Positions 44,222-54,156 of a stretch of 64,000 nt of DNA are shown in pieces. A program made the translations under genes and the position numbers. The DNA is taken from assembly GCA_028694425.1 (NCBI GenBank), contig JAQVKX010000001.1, positions 841-64,840 on the forward strand, written 5' to 3'. The notes under the pieces were generated by a model. That model was not told the origin of the DNA, did not search any database, and saw only the letters and a list, made by a program, of their open reading frames with translations. The DNA is from Candidatus Gastranaerophilales bacterium (GTDB taxonomy: Bacteria > Cyanobacteriota > Vampirovibrionia > Gastranaerophilales > Gastranaerophilaceae). How positions within the stretch are numbered: position 1 is the stretch's first letter; each line of letters starts with the position of its first letter.

Positions 44222-44353
44222 CAAAGCAAAAAGCAAAATGCAAAAAGCAAAAGGAAAATAGGAAATAGGAAATAGTGAATAGAATCTTCTGCTCACTGCT
44301 CACCGCTCACTTAATAAAACTTCTCAACTTTTCGACTATTCGACTGTTCAACT
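44222..44353. repeat. SWR cluster
   Basis: CAAAGCAAAAAGCAAAATGCAAAAAGCAAAAGGAAAATAGGAAATAGGAAATAGTGAATAG ... CTGCTCACTGCTCACCGCTCAC ... CAACTTTTCGACTATTCGACTGTTCAAC. Confidence 0.9.
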
Positions 44354-44355
44354 AA

Positions 44356-45733
<1,378 letters not shown>

Positions 45734-45745
45734 ATTAACATTGTA

Positions 45746-46024
45746 TCACAAATTCTCACAAGCCAAACTTATTGTTAAAATAATTTTATTATCAATTGCT
45801 CCTGTTGAGTTTTTATCACTTCGCTCTAAAACTCTTACGTCACTATCGTCAAGTTCGCCCTGTTTGGCTTGCTCATCGCAAGCCAACTCCGGCTCACATC
45901 GGCTACCGCTTACAATTGCCCAACGCAAAGGTTTAATTCCCATTGCTGCCAATTTTGTTTCGATAAAATCATTATCAATAGGCAATTTAGCTTCAATTTT
46001 AACTAATTTTGATATAATTTTCAT
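45746..46024 (-). CDS. hypothetical protein (92 aa)
   Basis: ORF downstream of the pilin genes; the N-terminal half looks protein-like, the C-terminal half is doubtful; an overlapping plus-strand ORF is equally long. Confidence 0.3.
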   Translation of the reverse strand: MKIISKLVKIEAKLPIDNDFIETKLAAMGIKPLRWAIVSGSRCEPELACDEQAKQGELDDSDVRVLERSDKNSTGAIDNKIILTISLACENL

Positions 46025-46052
46025 AATTATTTTAACTTTAACATAAAATTAA

Positions 46053-46877
46053 CTACCAAGGATAATTGGTTGGCATTTCCCAATTATTTATCATTAACAA
46101 ATTTGCACACTGAAATCCTGCATAAGCATATGTTACATCTTTTCCACATCCTTTATATTCATAAGTATTAGTTGAACTGGTTCCAAAACCATCCGCATAA
46201 ATGCCACCCTTATCAACATTTATACAAGCATAACCATTACCGGTTCCGGGTATACAAGAATTAGCCGATTTTTGAACAATAATAAAAACAAAAGCATCTT
46301 TTCCAAAAGTATTAGGGCTTTTTAGACCATTTATATCTATAATAACCTGAACATATCTGCCGATTATACCACCGGTATAAAGAATTCCTTCGGTCCTAAA
46401 AGCAATAGACATTCCATTTGCTAAAGTATATTTGTTATAATCCGAGTATGTAAGTAAATCTGATAATCTCAAATTACCATCCGGTGCTTTAGGCATTATC
46501 CAGCAATCCTGAGATGATGACGAACCACAAGTTTTTGAAATCTTCAAATAAGGTAATATATAACTATTTATGAAAGTTGTGTTATAACTTAGCAATGTAT
46601 TACCAGGAAAGTTCCAAATAAGAATATCACCATTGTCTACCTCTGAGTTTTTAATTGTTTGATTAAGGATAGAATAAACTTCTTTAACTCCATTAACGGT
46701 TTCACTTTTTTGATATGCACTTATAATTACCGGAATAGTCAATGCTGCAACTACTCCAATAATAGCTAAAGTTATAAGGGTTTCTGCTAATGTAAAAGCT
46801 GAATAACTGAAATGTAAAAGTTTTAGATTATGTCCATCACTTTTGCACTCACTTTCTCTTTTTTGCCCTACCAGCAT
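46053..46877 (-). CDS. type IV pilin-like protein (prepilin N-terminal methylation motif), divergent paralogue
   Basis: A/FTLAETLITLAIIGVVAALTIP after an unusually long leader; C-terminal C..LLMINNWEMPTNYPW. Confidence 0.7.
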   Translation of the reverse strand: MLVGQKRESECKSDGHNLKLLHFSYSAFTLAETLITLAIIGVVAALTIPVIISAYQKSETVNGVKEVYSILNQTIKNSEVDNGDILIWNFPGNTLLSYNTTFINSYILPYLKISKTCGSSSSQDCWIMPKAPDGNLRLSDLLTYSDYNKYTLANGMSIAFRTEGILYTGGIIGRYVQVIIDINGLKSPNTFGKDAFVFIIVQKSANSCIPGTGNGYACINVDKGGIYADGFGTSSTNTYEYKGCGKDVTYAYAGFQCANLLMINNWEMPTNYPW

Positions 46878-46967
46878 TAAAAAACCTCTCCGTTAATTAT
46901 AAAACTTGTATTTTCATATACTAGTATTTTTTTCAATGCTTGTCAAGAAAATAAAAAATGTTTTTTG

Positions 46968-47010
46968 TTTAGAGTATCCGGAAAAAGGAATTTTTTCCGG
47001 ATACTCTAAA
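46968..47010. repeat. NPE-related perfect hairpin between pilin genes
   Basis: TTTAGAGTATCCGGAAAAA-GGAAT-TTTTTCCGGATACTCTAAA, perfect 19-bp stem. Confidence 0.8.
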
Positions 47011-47029
47011 GTATGAAATTATTATAATT

Positions 47030-47740
47030 CTACCAAGGGTAATCGTCTGTAATTTGCCAACCGTCTTGCATTATTCTTCCCGCACAATAATAACTTGCAT
47101 AATGATCAGTTTCCCCCTTATTGCACAAATTTGTTTCATCTGCCTTATAAGAAACTACTCCTTGGCTGCTTGTAAGACTTGTTTGAAATGTAAATACATC
47201 TTTTCCTATGGTATTTGGTTCTTTAGTTCCGTTAAGATCAATAAATATGGTATTTACACATGAAAGCACTCCCCCCGTATTTGTATTACCTGAAACTATG
47301 AATATTATACTTCCGTTTGCTAAAACAAATAAACTTCTGGAACCGTTTGACTGAACCGAAAAACTGGAATATTGACCGGGAGACAGTAACATTTTATACA
47401 GAAAAGCACTTCCGTTATTTGCTTCATAACCGCAATCTCTCCAATGAGGACAAAGTTTAATAGTTTTAAAATAAGGTTTCCAATACTTATTAAATGCTTC
47501 TTCTGCTGTATGCGTGGTTGCTTGTGTTGCCCAGACCCATCTTGTAACGGGACCATTGTAAATTTCAGATAACTTTACTGCTTGTGAAATATCCGTATAA
47601 GCTTTTTTTAATGAAGTGGCAGTAGTTTTTTTTTGAAAATCCGTTATAACACTCGGAATAGTTAACCCTGCAACAATTCCTATAATTACAAGAACTACTA
47701 AAACTTCACTAAGTGTAAATGCCAAAAATCTTTTTCTCAT
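47030..47740 (-). CDS. type IV pilin-like protein
   Basis: MRKRFLA/FTLSEVLVVLVIIGIVAGLTIP; conserved CPHWRDCGY; C-terminal CAGRIMQDGWQITDDYPW. Confidence 0.8.
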   Translation of the reverse strand: MRKRFLAFTLSEVLVVLVIIGIVAGLTIPSVITDFQKKTTATSLKKAYTDISQAVKLSEIYNGPVTRWVWATQATTHTAEEAFNKYWKPYFKTIKLCPHWRDCGYEANNGSAFLYKMLLSPGQYSSFSVQSNGSRSLFVLANGSIIFIVSGNTNTGGVLSCVNTIFIDLNGTKEPNTIGKDVFTFQTSLTSSQGVVSYKADETNLCNKGETDHYASYYCAGRIMQDGWQITDDYPW

Positions 47741-47831
47741 ATATTTCCCTTTGAATTTTTTCCTCGATTATAATATAGCACTAAAACCGCTTTTTTAAAA
47801 TAATTTACAAAATAATTGTATCATTTAATTT

Positions 47832-48539
47832 TTACCAAGGATAATCATCTGTAATTTCCCAACCGTCCTGCATTATTCTGGCTGTGCAAAAATAGCTTGC
47901 ATCATCAGCAGTAGAGTCTTTTTGGCATAAATTAGTTTCATTTACTTTATAAGGAATGACCCCTTTACCTTCAATATCGCTTATTTGAAATACAAATACA
48001 TCTTTTCCTATGGTATTCGGTTTTTTGGCTCCGTTAAGATCAACGAATATGAATTCTTGGGTTTGAGGACCTGCACCCAAACTGTATGATACAAGAAAAA
48101 CTATACTACCGTTTGACAAAGCAAATAAATTTCTAGATTCATTTGACTGTACTGATAATCCACATTGCCCCCCCGCAGGTAATAAAGTTTTATAAAGAAA
48201 ACAACCTGAACCACAATTTTCTGTATAACCGCAATCTCTCCAATGAGGACAAAATTTTATAACCTTAAAATAAGGTTTCCAATATTGATTAAATGAATCT
48301 GTTTGTGTATATGTAGTATTATAAGTCCCCCAAGACCATTCTTTGGCAGGACCATTATCAATTTCTGACAGTTTCACTGCTTGTGACATTTCCGAATAAG
48401 CTTTTTTTAACGAAACAGCCGTAGCTTTTTTTTGAGAATCTTGTATTAATGCAGGTATTGTCATTTGTGCAACTATACCTATAATTCCCAAAGTAATAAG
48501 AATTTCAGCAAGCGTGAACGCAAAAAAACTCTTTTTCAT
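47832..48539 (-). CDS. type IV pilin-like protein
   Basis: MKKSFFA/FTLAEILITLGIIGIVAQMTIP; CPHWRDCGY; C-terminal CTARIMQDGWEITDDYPW; close paralogue of 47030-47740. Confidence 0.8.
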   Translation of the reverse strand: MKKSFFAFTLAEILITLGIIGIVAQMTIPALIQDSQKKATAVSLKKAYSEMSQAVKLSEIDNGPAKEWSWGTYNTTYTQTDSFNQYWKPYFKVIKFCPHWRDCGYTENCGSGCFLYKTLLPAGGQCGLSVQSNESRNLFALSNGSIVFLVSYSLGAGPQTQEFIFVDLNGAKKPNTIGKDVFVFQISDIEGKGVIPYKVNETNLCQKDSTADDASYFCTARIMQDGWEITDDYPW

Positions 48540-48728
48540 AATATACCTTTTCCGTTTCTTGAATTATTTAATTTTAATTATAACATTAAAATCGGCTTTT
48601 TGAATAAAAAACTTTAAAAAACCTTGGTTATTTAAAAAAAATCATATTTTATCGTATCTTCACAAATGTTACAAATATTTTTTCATGCTCTTGATTTTTG
48701 TTTTTGCTTTTGGTATTGTAAACTTACA

Positions 48729-48896
48729 ACCGCAGACAGTTAGTTTATTTTAATTAAAGGAGTAATCCGCTAACCGAGGTTACACTAGCAAAAGGGGCAC
48801 TAAATTGCAGTAATTTGTGTGAATTTAAAGTGTTTCCCAAAATATGTTTCGTGTAAAGCTTTGCGGTAATACTAAAAAACCGTAAGGTTTTTTAGT
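48729..48896 (+). promoter_or_regulatory. candidate structured rplJ (L10) leader
   Basis: long-range pairing ACCGCA(48729)/TGCGGT(48862), then hairpin ACTAAAAAACC-GTAA-GGTTTTTTAGT; position matches known L10 leaders but I cannot confirm the consensus. Confidence 0.3.
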
Positions 48897-48898
48897 AT

Positions 48899-48964
48899 GT
48901 GAACAGTGAACTGTGAGCAGTGAGCTGAAAAAATCTGTTCACTGTTCACCGCTCACAGCTCACT
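48899..48964. repeat. SWR cluster
   Basis: GTGAACAGTGAACTGTGAGCAGTGAGCTG ... CTGTTCACTGTTCACCGCTCACAGCTCAC. Confidence 0.9.
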
Positions 48965-49005
48965 AAGACTTAAAGTTAACAAATAAAAATAAGGAGCATA
49001 CAAAC

Positions 49006-49527
49006 ATGGCAACAAAAGCCTTTAAAGAAGACAAAATTAAAAGTATCAAAGAAAAAATTTCCAAGGCTCAAGTAGCGATTGTAACAGAGTACAAAGGATT
49101 TTCCGTTGATGAAATTACGGATTTAAGACGTAAACTTCAAAAAGAAGACGGCGATTATACGGTTACAAAAAATACTTTAGCAAAAATTGCGGTAAAAGGA
49201 ACAGAATATGAAATTTTGACTGATTGTTTCAAAGGACCGATTGCACTTGCATTAGGATTTAAAGATCAGGTCAGTCCCGCAAAAGCTTTATCTGACTTCA
49301 TCAAAGAAGTTAAAAAAGGTGAAATCATCGCAGCAGCATTGGACGGAAAATTATTATCAGCCGATGAAGCAAAAGCATTAGCAAATCTTCCTTCTCGTGA
49401 GGAACTTTATGCAAAAATGCTTGGTTGTATCAATTCACCTGCGTCAGGTATCGCAAATGCTGCTAACGGCGTACTTACACAATTAGTAAGAACTATGGCG
49501 GCTGTTAGAGACGCAAAGACAGCATAA
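49006..49527 (+). CDS. rplJ: 50S ribosomal protein L10
   Basis: canonical L10 sequence (VAIVTEYKGFSV.E...LR..L). Confidence 0.95.
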   Translation: MATKAFKEDKIKSIKEKISKAQVAIVTEYKGFSVDEITDLRRKLQKEDGDYTVTKNTLAKIAVKGTEYEILTDCFKGPIALALGFKDQVSPAKALSDFIKEVKKGEIIAAALDGKLLSADEAKALANLPSREELYAKMLGCINSPASGIANAANGVLTQLVRTMAAVRDAKTA

Positions 49528-49528
49528 C

Positions 49529-49580
49529 AGTGAACGGTGAGCAGTGAACAGTGAACTGAAATTCTTTTCACATTTCACCA
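49529..49580. repeat. SWR cluster between rplJ and rplL
   Basis: CAGTGAACGGTGAGCAGTGAACAGTGAACTG ... TTTTCACATTTCACC. Confidence 0.85.
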
Positions 49581-49625
49581 AAACGAAAGAACGTAATAAT
49601 ATAACATAAAAAAGGAGAACAAATT

Positions 49626-50003
49626 ATGGCAAACGTAACAACAATTTTAGAATCAATTGAAAAATTAACACTTTTGGAAGCAGCTGAATTAGTAAAAGCA
49701 ATGGAAGAAAAATTCGGCGTATCGGCAGCAGCTCCTGTTGCAGCAGTTGCAGTAGCAGCCCCTGCAGCCGGCGGTGAAGCAGCAGAAGAATCTTCTGAAG
49801 TTACAGTAACATTGGCATCAGCAGGTGCCAACAAAATCGCTGTATTGAAAGAAGTCAGAGCTATTACGGGACTCGGCTTGAAAGAAGCTAAAGACTTGGT
49901 TGATGCAGCTCCAAAACCTGTTAAAGAAAACATTAAAAAAGAAGAAGCCGAAGCTATCAAGAAACAACTTGAAGCTGCAGGTGCAACAGTTGAAGTTAAG
50001 TAA
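49626..50003 (+). CDS. rplL: 50S ribosomal protein L7/L12
   Basis: [26 protein letters not shown], Ala-rich hinge, [24 protein letters not shown]. Confidence 0.96.
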   Translation: MANVTTILESIEKLTLLEAAELVKAMEEKFGVSAAAPVAAVAVAAPAAGGEAAEESSEVTVTLASAGANKIAVLKEVRAITGLGLKEAKDLVDAAPKPVKENIKKEEAEAIKKQLEAAGATVEVK

Positions 50004-50023
50004 TTAAATTCAATAAAAAATTT

Positions 50024-50056
50024 AAAAGGCTTTCGGGAAATTCCCGAAAGCCTTTT
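50024..50056 (+). terminator. bidirectional rho-independent terminator
   Basis: AAAAGGCTTTCGGGA-AAT-TCCCGAAAGCCTTTT between convergent genes. Confidence 0.85.
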
Positions 50057-50059
50057 AAA

Positions 50060-50749
50060 TTACAATGATGAAAGTAAAGATAATATAGAATTCCCCGAAG
50101 ATGTTCCAAGCAAATTCGCAATCAATGCATTTGTACTGTTTGAACCTTTCAAGCTCGATACATCAGAGATAGCATTATACAAATCCTTGTTATAACTGTT
50201 ATAACTTGAACTGCCTCCCAGTGCGGTGCTGATGGCATTAAGTGCATTGCCGTAAATATCGCCGGATAAACCGCTTAACAGTTCAATAAGTGCATACCTT
50301 TGAGTTAATTCATCTGCTTCAAGTTCGCTTTGTTTTGCAAGTATATCTTGAGCAAATGAATTTACCGCACTCGAGCGGTCTGATTCTAAGTCATTTAAAC
50401 TGTCTGCAAATATTGAATTATCAAGGTTCCCAAAGCGTGATGCAGCATCATTTTCAAGATCAAGGAGCGAAGAGTTGTACAAGTCATTAATTTCTTGAAT
50501 TCCTCTATCTTTGTAAGCGTCGACTTCAGACTTGATTGAAGCGAGTGTATCTGTGTCAAAAATATTCACGCCAGGTAAAATACCTGCAAGAGTACTTAAT
50601 GCGTAATTGTAAATTGTTTCTTCCGCATCTGACATGTCATAATCCGATGTAAGAACACCGTTCAAAACACCTGTTGAAGCTTTAGAATCCCCCACTGATA
50701 TGGAACTGCTGCTGTATTGAGGGTAATTTGCCGATGAGACTTTACTCAT
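50060..50749 (-). CDS. Ser/Asn/Asp/Leu-rich hypothetical protein
   Basis: 229-aa ORF with no recognisable motif and no signal peptide. Confidence 0.45.
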   Translation of the reverse strand: MSKVSSANYPQYSSSSISVGDSKASTGVLNGVLTSDYDMSDAEETIYNYALSTLAGILPGVNIFDTDTLASIKSEVDAYKDRGIQEINDLYNSSLLDLENDAASRFGNLDNSIFADSLNDLESDRSSAVNSFAQDILAKQSELEADELTQRYALIELLSGLSGDIYGNALNAISTALGGSSSYNSYNKDLYNAISDVSSLKGSNSTNALIANLLGTSSGNSILSLLSSL

Positions 50750-50811
50750 AATTTATTCCTTTCTTGAGGCATAGCCTCATTTTTGCAAGGAACAAAATTT
50801 AATTTAAGCGT

Positions 50812-50840
50812 TTGACATGTTAATTATAACTTTTTATTAA
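50812..50840 (+). promoter_or_regulatory. candidate promoter for thiC
   Basis: TTGACA-17 nt-TATTAA. Confidence 0.35.
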
Positions 50841-50893
50841 AAACTTTTAAAGTCCGTATTTTTACGGAATGGAAAATTATTTTAGTATTTTAC

Positions 50894-50950
50894 TCTACGC
50901 ATCTTGCCTTTTATTTCCTATTTCCTTTTACCCTTTACCTTTTTTCTTCC
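50894..50950. repeat. SWR cluster in the thiC 5' region
   Basis: CTCTACGCATCTTGCCTTTTATTTCCTATTTCCTTTTACCCTTTACC. Confidence 0.85.
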
Positions 50951-50983
50951 TTTTGTTATCATTAGAAAAAGTGAGGAGAGAAA

Positions 50984-52246
50984 ATGACAACACAAATTTT
51001 AGAAGCCAAGAAAGGCAAAATTACCCCAGAAATGTTTGCAGTTGCAGAAAAAGAAGGGTTGAGCAAAGAAGAAATTCTTGAAAAAGTTGCGTCGGGAAGG
51101 GTCGTTATTTTAAAGAATAACCGCAGGAAGAACGTTGTTCCGACAGCTGTTGGCGAAGGCACAACAGTTAAAGTTAATGCAAATATCGGAACATCTCTTG
51201 AACGTTCAAACATTAAAGAAGAATTGGACAAGGTAAAAATCATCGAAGCAACAGGAGCGGATGTTTTAATGGATTTATCTACAGGTGATAATATTGATGA
51301 TGTAAGAAAACAAATTCTTGCCGCAACTAATCTTCCAATCGGCACAGTACCTATGTATCAGGCAGGTAAAGAAGCAATTGATATAAACAAAGATTTGGCA
51401 AAACTTTCTAAGGACAAACTTTTTTCAGATATTGAAAAACAATGTAAGGACGGAATTGATTTTATAACGGTTCACTGTGGGGTAACGAAATTTGTTGTCG
51501 AGCAGCTTACAAAACAAGGCAGGGTTACAAATATCGTTTCCAGAGGCGGTTCAATGCTTGCCTGCTGGATTAAAGCAACGGGTGAAGAAAACCCGCTTTA
51601 TGAATATTATGATGACTTATTGGAAATAGCACGGGAGTATGATTGTACTTTATCTTTGGGTGATGGTTTAAGACCGGGCTGTTCGGCTGATGCAGGAGAC
51701 AGAGCTCAAGTTGCGGAAACCTTAATTCTAGGCGAGCTTGTACAAAGAGCAAGAAAAGCGGGTGTTCAAACAATGGTCGAAGGTCCCGGACATGTGCCTT
51801 TAAATAAAATTCCTTCAATGATTGAAACAATAAAAGTTTTGACCGATTATGCACCGCTTTATGTACTTGGACCTTTGGTAACGGATGTTGCACCGGGTTA
51901 TGACCACATAACTTCTGCTATCGGAGGAACTCTTGCGGCTTATCATGGAGCTGATTTCTTATGCTACGTAACCCCTGCAGAACATCTCGGTCTGCCTGAT
52001 GTTAAACAGGTTAGAGAAGGAATTATTGCTTCAAAAATTGCGGCACATGCGGCAGATTTAGCCAGAGGCAATAAAAAAGCCCTCGAGCAAGATTTACAAA
52101 TGTCTATTGCAAGAAGAGACTTGGATTGGGATGGTCAAAAAAAATACGCAATCGATAAATGTGTTTTTGAAAAATTACAACATGGCAAACCTTGTACAAT
52201 GTGCGGTCAATATTGCAGCATGAAAATCTTTAAGGAATATTTTTGA
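50984..52246 (+). CDS. thiC: phosphomethylpyrimidine synthase
   Basis: short-form ThiC: VNANIGTS, MVEGPGHVPL, C-terminal CTMCGQYCSMK cluster. Confidence 0.95.
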   Translation: MTTQILEAKKGKITPEMFAVAEKEGLSKEEILEKVASGRVVILKNNRRKNVVPTAVGEGTTVKVNANIGTSLERSNIKEELDKVKIIEATGADVLMDLSTGDNIDDVRKQILAATNLPIGTVPMYQAGKEAIDINKDLAKLSKDKLFSDIEKQCKDGIDFITVHCGVTKFVVEQLTKQGRVTNIVSRGGSMLACWIKATGEENPLYEYYDDLLEIAREYDCTLSLGDGLRPGCSADAGDRAQVAETLILGELVQRARKAGVQTMVEGPGHVPLNKIPSMIETIKVLTDYAPLYVLGPLVTDVAPGYDHITSAIGGTLAAYHGADFLCYVTPAEHLGLPDVKQVREGIIASKIAAHAADLARGNKKALEQDLQMSIARRDLDWDGQKKYAIDKCVFEKLQHGKPCTMCGQYCSMKIFKEYF

Positions 52247-52249
52247 TTT

Positions 52250-52753
52250 ATGAAAAAAATTATTTGTTTAATGGCTTTATTTTTAATGTTTAACCTACCC
52301 GCTTTTTCAACAGAACTTGAAGGCGGAGTTACATTTAATGTTGATTCTGCAAGAGAATACGTCCAAGAAGGGCAAAAAGATAATATTGATATTTCAGGAC
52401 CGATTAAACTTGAAACAGATAATATCGAAAAAATAGTTTATTCTAAAAATACGTTAGGTGAAATTATAGGAATAACGGTTCAATATAAAGGCGAGCCTGA
52501 TAGAGCTTATATTTATGATAAAAATAAAAATCTGATTTATTTCGAAAAATATGATAAACCCGTTAGTATTTATCCTCACCGAGGGTATAGATATAATTTG
52601 AAAGGACAGCTCGTATTGACAAGCCTGACCGTTTCTAAAGATGAAATGTTCCGTTTTAATCCTCAAGGAAAATTAATTGTCCATTCCATAAATGGTGTTA
52701 TTTATGACGAAAACGGACAAATAATCGGACGAGGGATTGAAGGAAAAAGATAA
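52250..52753 (+). CDS. secreted hypothetical protein
   Basis: signal peptide MKKIICLMALFLMFNLPAFS; 3 nt after the thiC stop. Confidence 0.55.
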   Translation: MKKIICLMALFLMFNLPAFSTELEGGVTFNVDSAREYVQEGQKDNIDISGPIKLETDNIEKIVYSKNTLGEIIGITVQYKGEPDRAYIYDKNKNLIYFEKYDKPVSIYPHRGYRYNLKGQLVLTSLTVSKDEMFRFNPQGKLIVHSINGVIYDENGQIIGRGIEGKR

Positions 52754-52826
52754 AAGGTAAAAAGAATTTAAAAGTGAACGATACTATCCAACCGTTCAAC
52801 TAAAGACCATTTACTGCTCACTTTTC
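52753..52826. repeat. SWR cluster (degenerate)
   Basis: AAAGGTAAAAAG, AAAGTGAACG, CCGTTCAAC, TTACTGCTCACTTTTC. Confidence 0.6.
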
Positions 52827-52827
52827 A

Positions 52828-52836
52828 TGCTATAAT
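52828..52836 (+). promoter_or_regulatory. extended -10 element TGCTATAAT, 7 nt upstream of the ATG (leaderless-type arrangement)
   Basis: TGCTATAAT-AAAACTC-ATG with no Shine-Dalgarno sequence. Confidence 0.45.
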
Positions 52837-52843
52837 AAAACTC

Positions 52844-53515
52844 ATGAAAAAATACATGATTTGGATTGCAGAACTTATTATTTGGCTGTTGTTACTGGTT
52901 TTGGTTTCTAACGGAATAATGTACTTTAAGTATAATTATAAAAAGAATTTTTATAATTATCAAATCTTTTTGCCTGACGTGGACGGGCTTATAAACGGTT
53001 CACCCGTTAAGGTTATGGGTATTCAGGTTGGTTATATAAATCAGCTTGATGTTGTAGGCGAAGATGTATTTGTCAAATTTATTATAACGGAACCTTCCGT
53101 ACATATTCCCCCAGGCTCAACAGCTACAGTGGAATTTTCCGGGCTTGGTGGTTCAAAGTCGCTCGAGCTTTACCCTCCGGCTGTCCATAACAATATTCAA
53201 GGAAAATTTATTATAACTCAACCACCTAAAAGAATTCACGATTCCTTGGGGTTATTTAATGATATGTTTGATCAATTAATAAACATTACTTATGATGTTT
53301 CTCGTTTTATGGACAAAGTCGGAATAATTAAACGAAAAACGGTGTATAATAAAGTTGAAAAGACTAAATCAATTGAAGAGTTTTTAAATTTCTCTGATGG
53401 TTGGCTTGACAGAGCACAAAAAAAATGCGACAGATTTAGCGAAACGCTTAAAAAGATGAATAGGGGTAAAAATGAAAAATATTATGGAGAAAAAGGAAAA
53501 GATGGAAAAAATTAA
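52844..53515 (+). CDS. MlaD/MCE-domain protein
   Basis: N-terminal TM anchor followed by GLINGSPVKVMGIQVGYI...V.F.I MCE pattern. Confidence 0.7.
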   Translation: MKKYMIWIAELIIWLLLLVLVSNGIMYFKYNYKKNFYNYQIFLPDVDGLINGSPVKVMGIQVGYINQLDVVGEDVFVKFIITEPSVHIPPGSTATVEFSGLGGSKSLELYPPAVHNNIQGKFIITQPPKRIHDSLGLFNDMFDQLINITYDVSRFMDKVGIIKRKTVYNKVEKTKSIEEFLNFSDGWLDRAQKKCDRFSETLKKMNRGKNEKYYGEKGKDGKN

Positions 53516-54146
53516 AATAATTAAAAATCCTGTTATTCTGCAAAATTTGTGTATAATCAGAGATAGAAATACAAATTCTCAGGAAATCAGGATAGCAGCG
53601 AGAAAAATTACAAGAATGCTTTTATATGAAGCTTCTAAATGCCTTCCTGTGACAGAAAAAACTGTTACTACTCCTTTAGCCTCATTTAAAACAGAAACAA
53701 TTGATCCCGATATTAATATTATTATATCCCCGATTTTGAGAGCAGGATTGATTTTTACCGATGAGGCAATTGATATTTTGCCTCAAGCTTGTATAAGGCA
53801 TATAGGAATGTATCGAGATGAAGAAACTCTAAAACCGGTGTGGTATTACAACAAAGTTCCGATGAAAACTCAAAATCCTGATAAATTTTATGTTTTTATT
53901 ACAGACCCTATGCTTGCAACAGGAAATTCTTTGATAGAAGCAATAAAATTATACGCAGATAAACAAATTCCTTTGGAAAATATTAAAATTATCTGTTTAA
54001 TTGCAGCACCTGAGGGGATTAATAATATTCAATCAAAATTTCCTGAAGTTGAAATAATAACTACAGCAGTAGATTCACATCTTAACGAACAAGGTTATAT
54101 TGTTCCCGGAATGGGAGATGCGGGTGACAGAATTTTTAATACGTAA
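53472..54146 (+). CDS. upp: uracil phosphoribosyltransferase
   Basis: DPMLATGNS PRPP motif, GYIVPGMGDAGDR C-terminus; start uncertain (53472, 53484 or 53502). Confidence 0.92.
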   Translation: MKNIMEKKEKMEKIKIIKNPVILQNLCIIRDRNTNSQEIRIAARKITRMLLYEASKCLPVTEKTVTTPLASFKTETIDPDINIIISPILRAGLIFTDEAIDILPQACIRHIGMYRDEETLKPVWYYNKVPMKTQNPDKFYVFITDPMLATGNSLIEAIKLYADKQIPLENIKIICLIAAPEGINNIQSKFPEVEIITTAVDSHLNEQGYIVPGMGDAGDRIFNT

Positions 54147-54156
54147 TTATCGATTT

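Noticed and set aside
48899-48964. Simple perfect hairpin terminator formed by the GTGAACAG/CTGTTCAC blocks upstream of rplJ
   Set aside because: The right arm carries the complementary words in the same left-to-right order as the left arm, not in mirror order, so only partial pairing is possible. Only some clusters, such as 56853-56994, are true inverted repeats.
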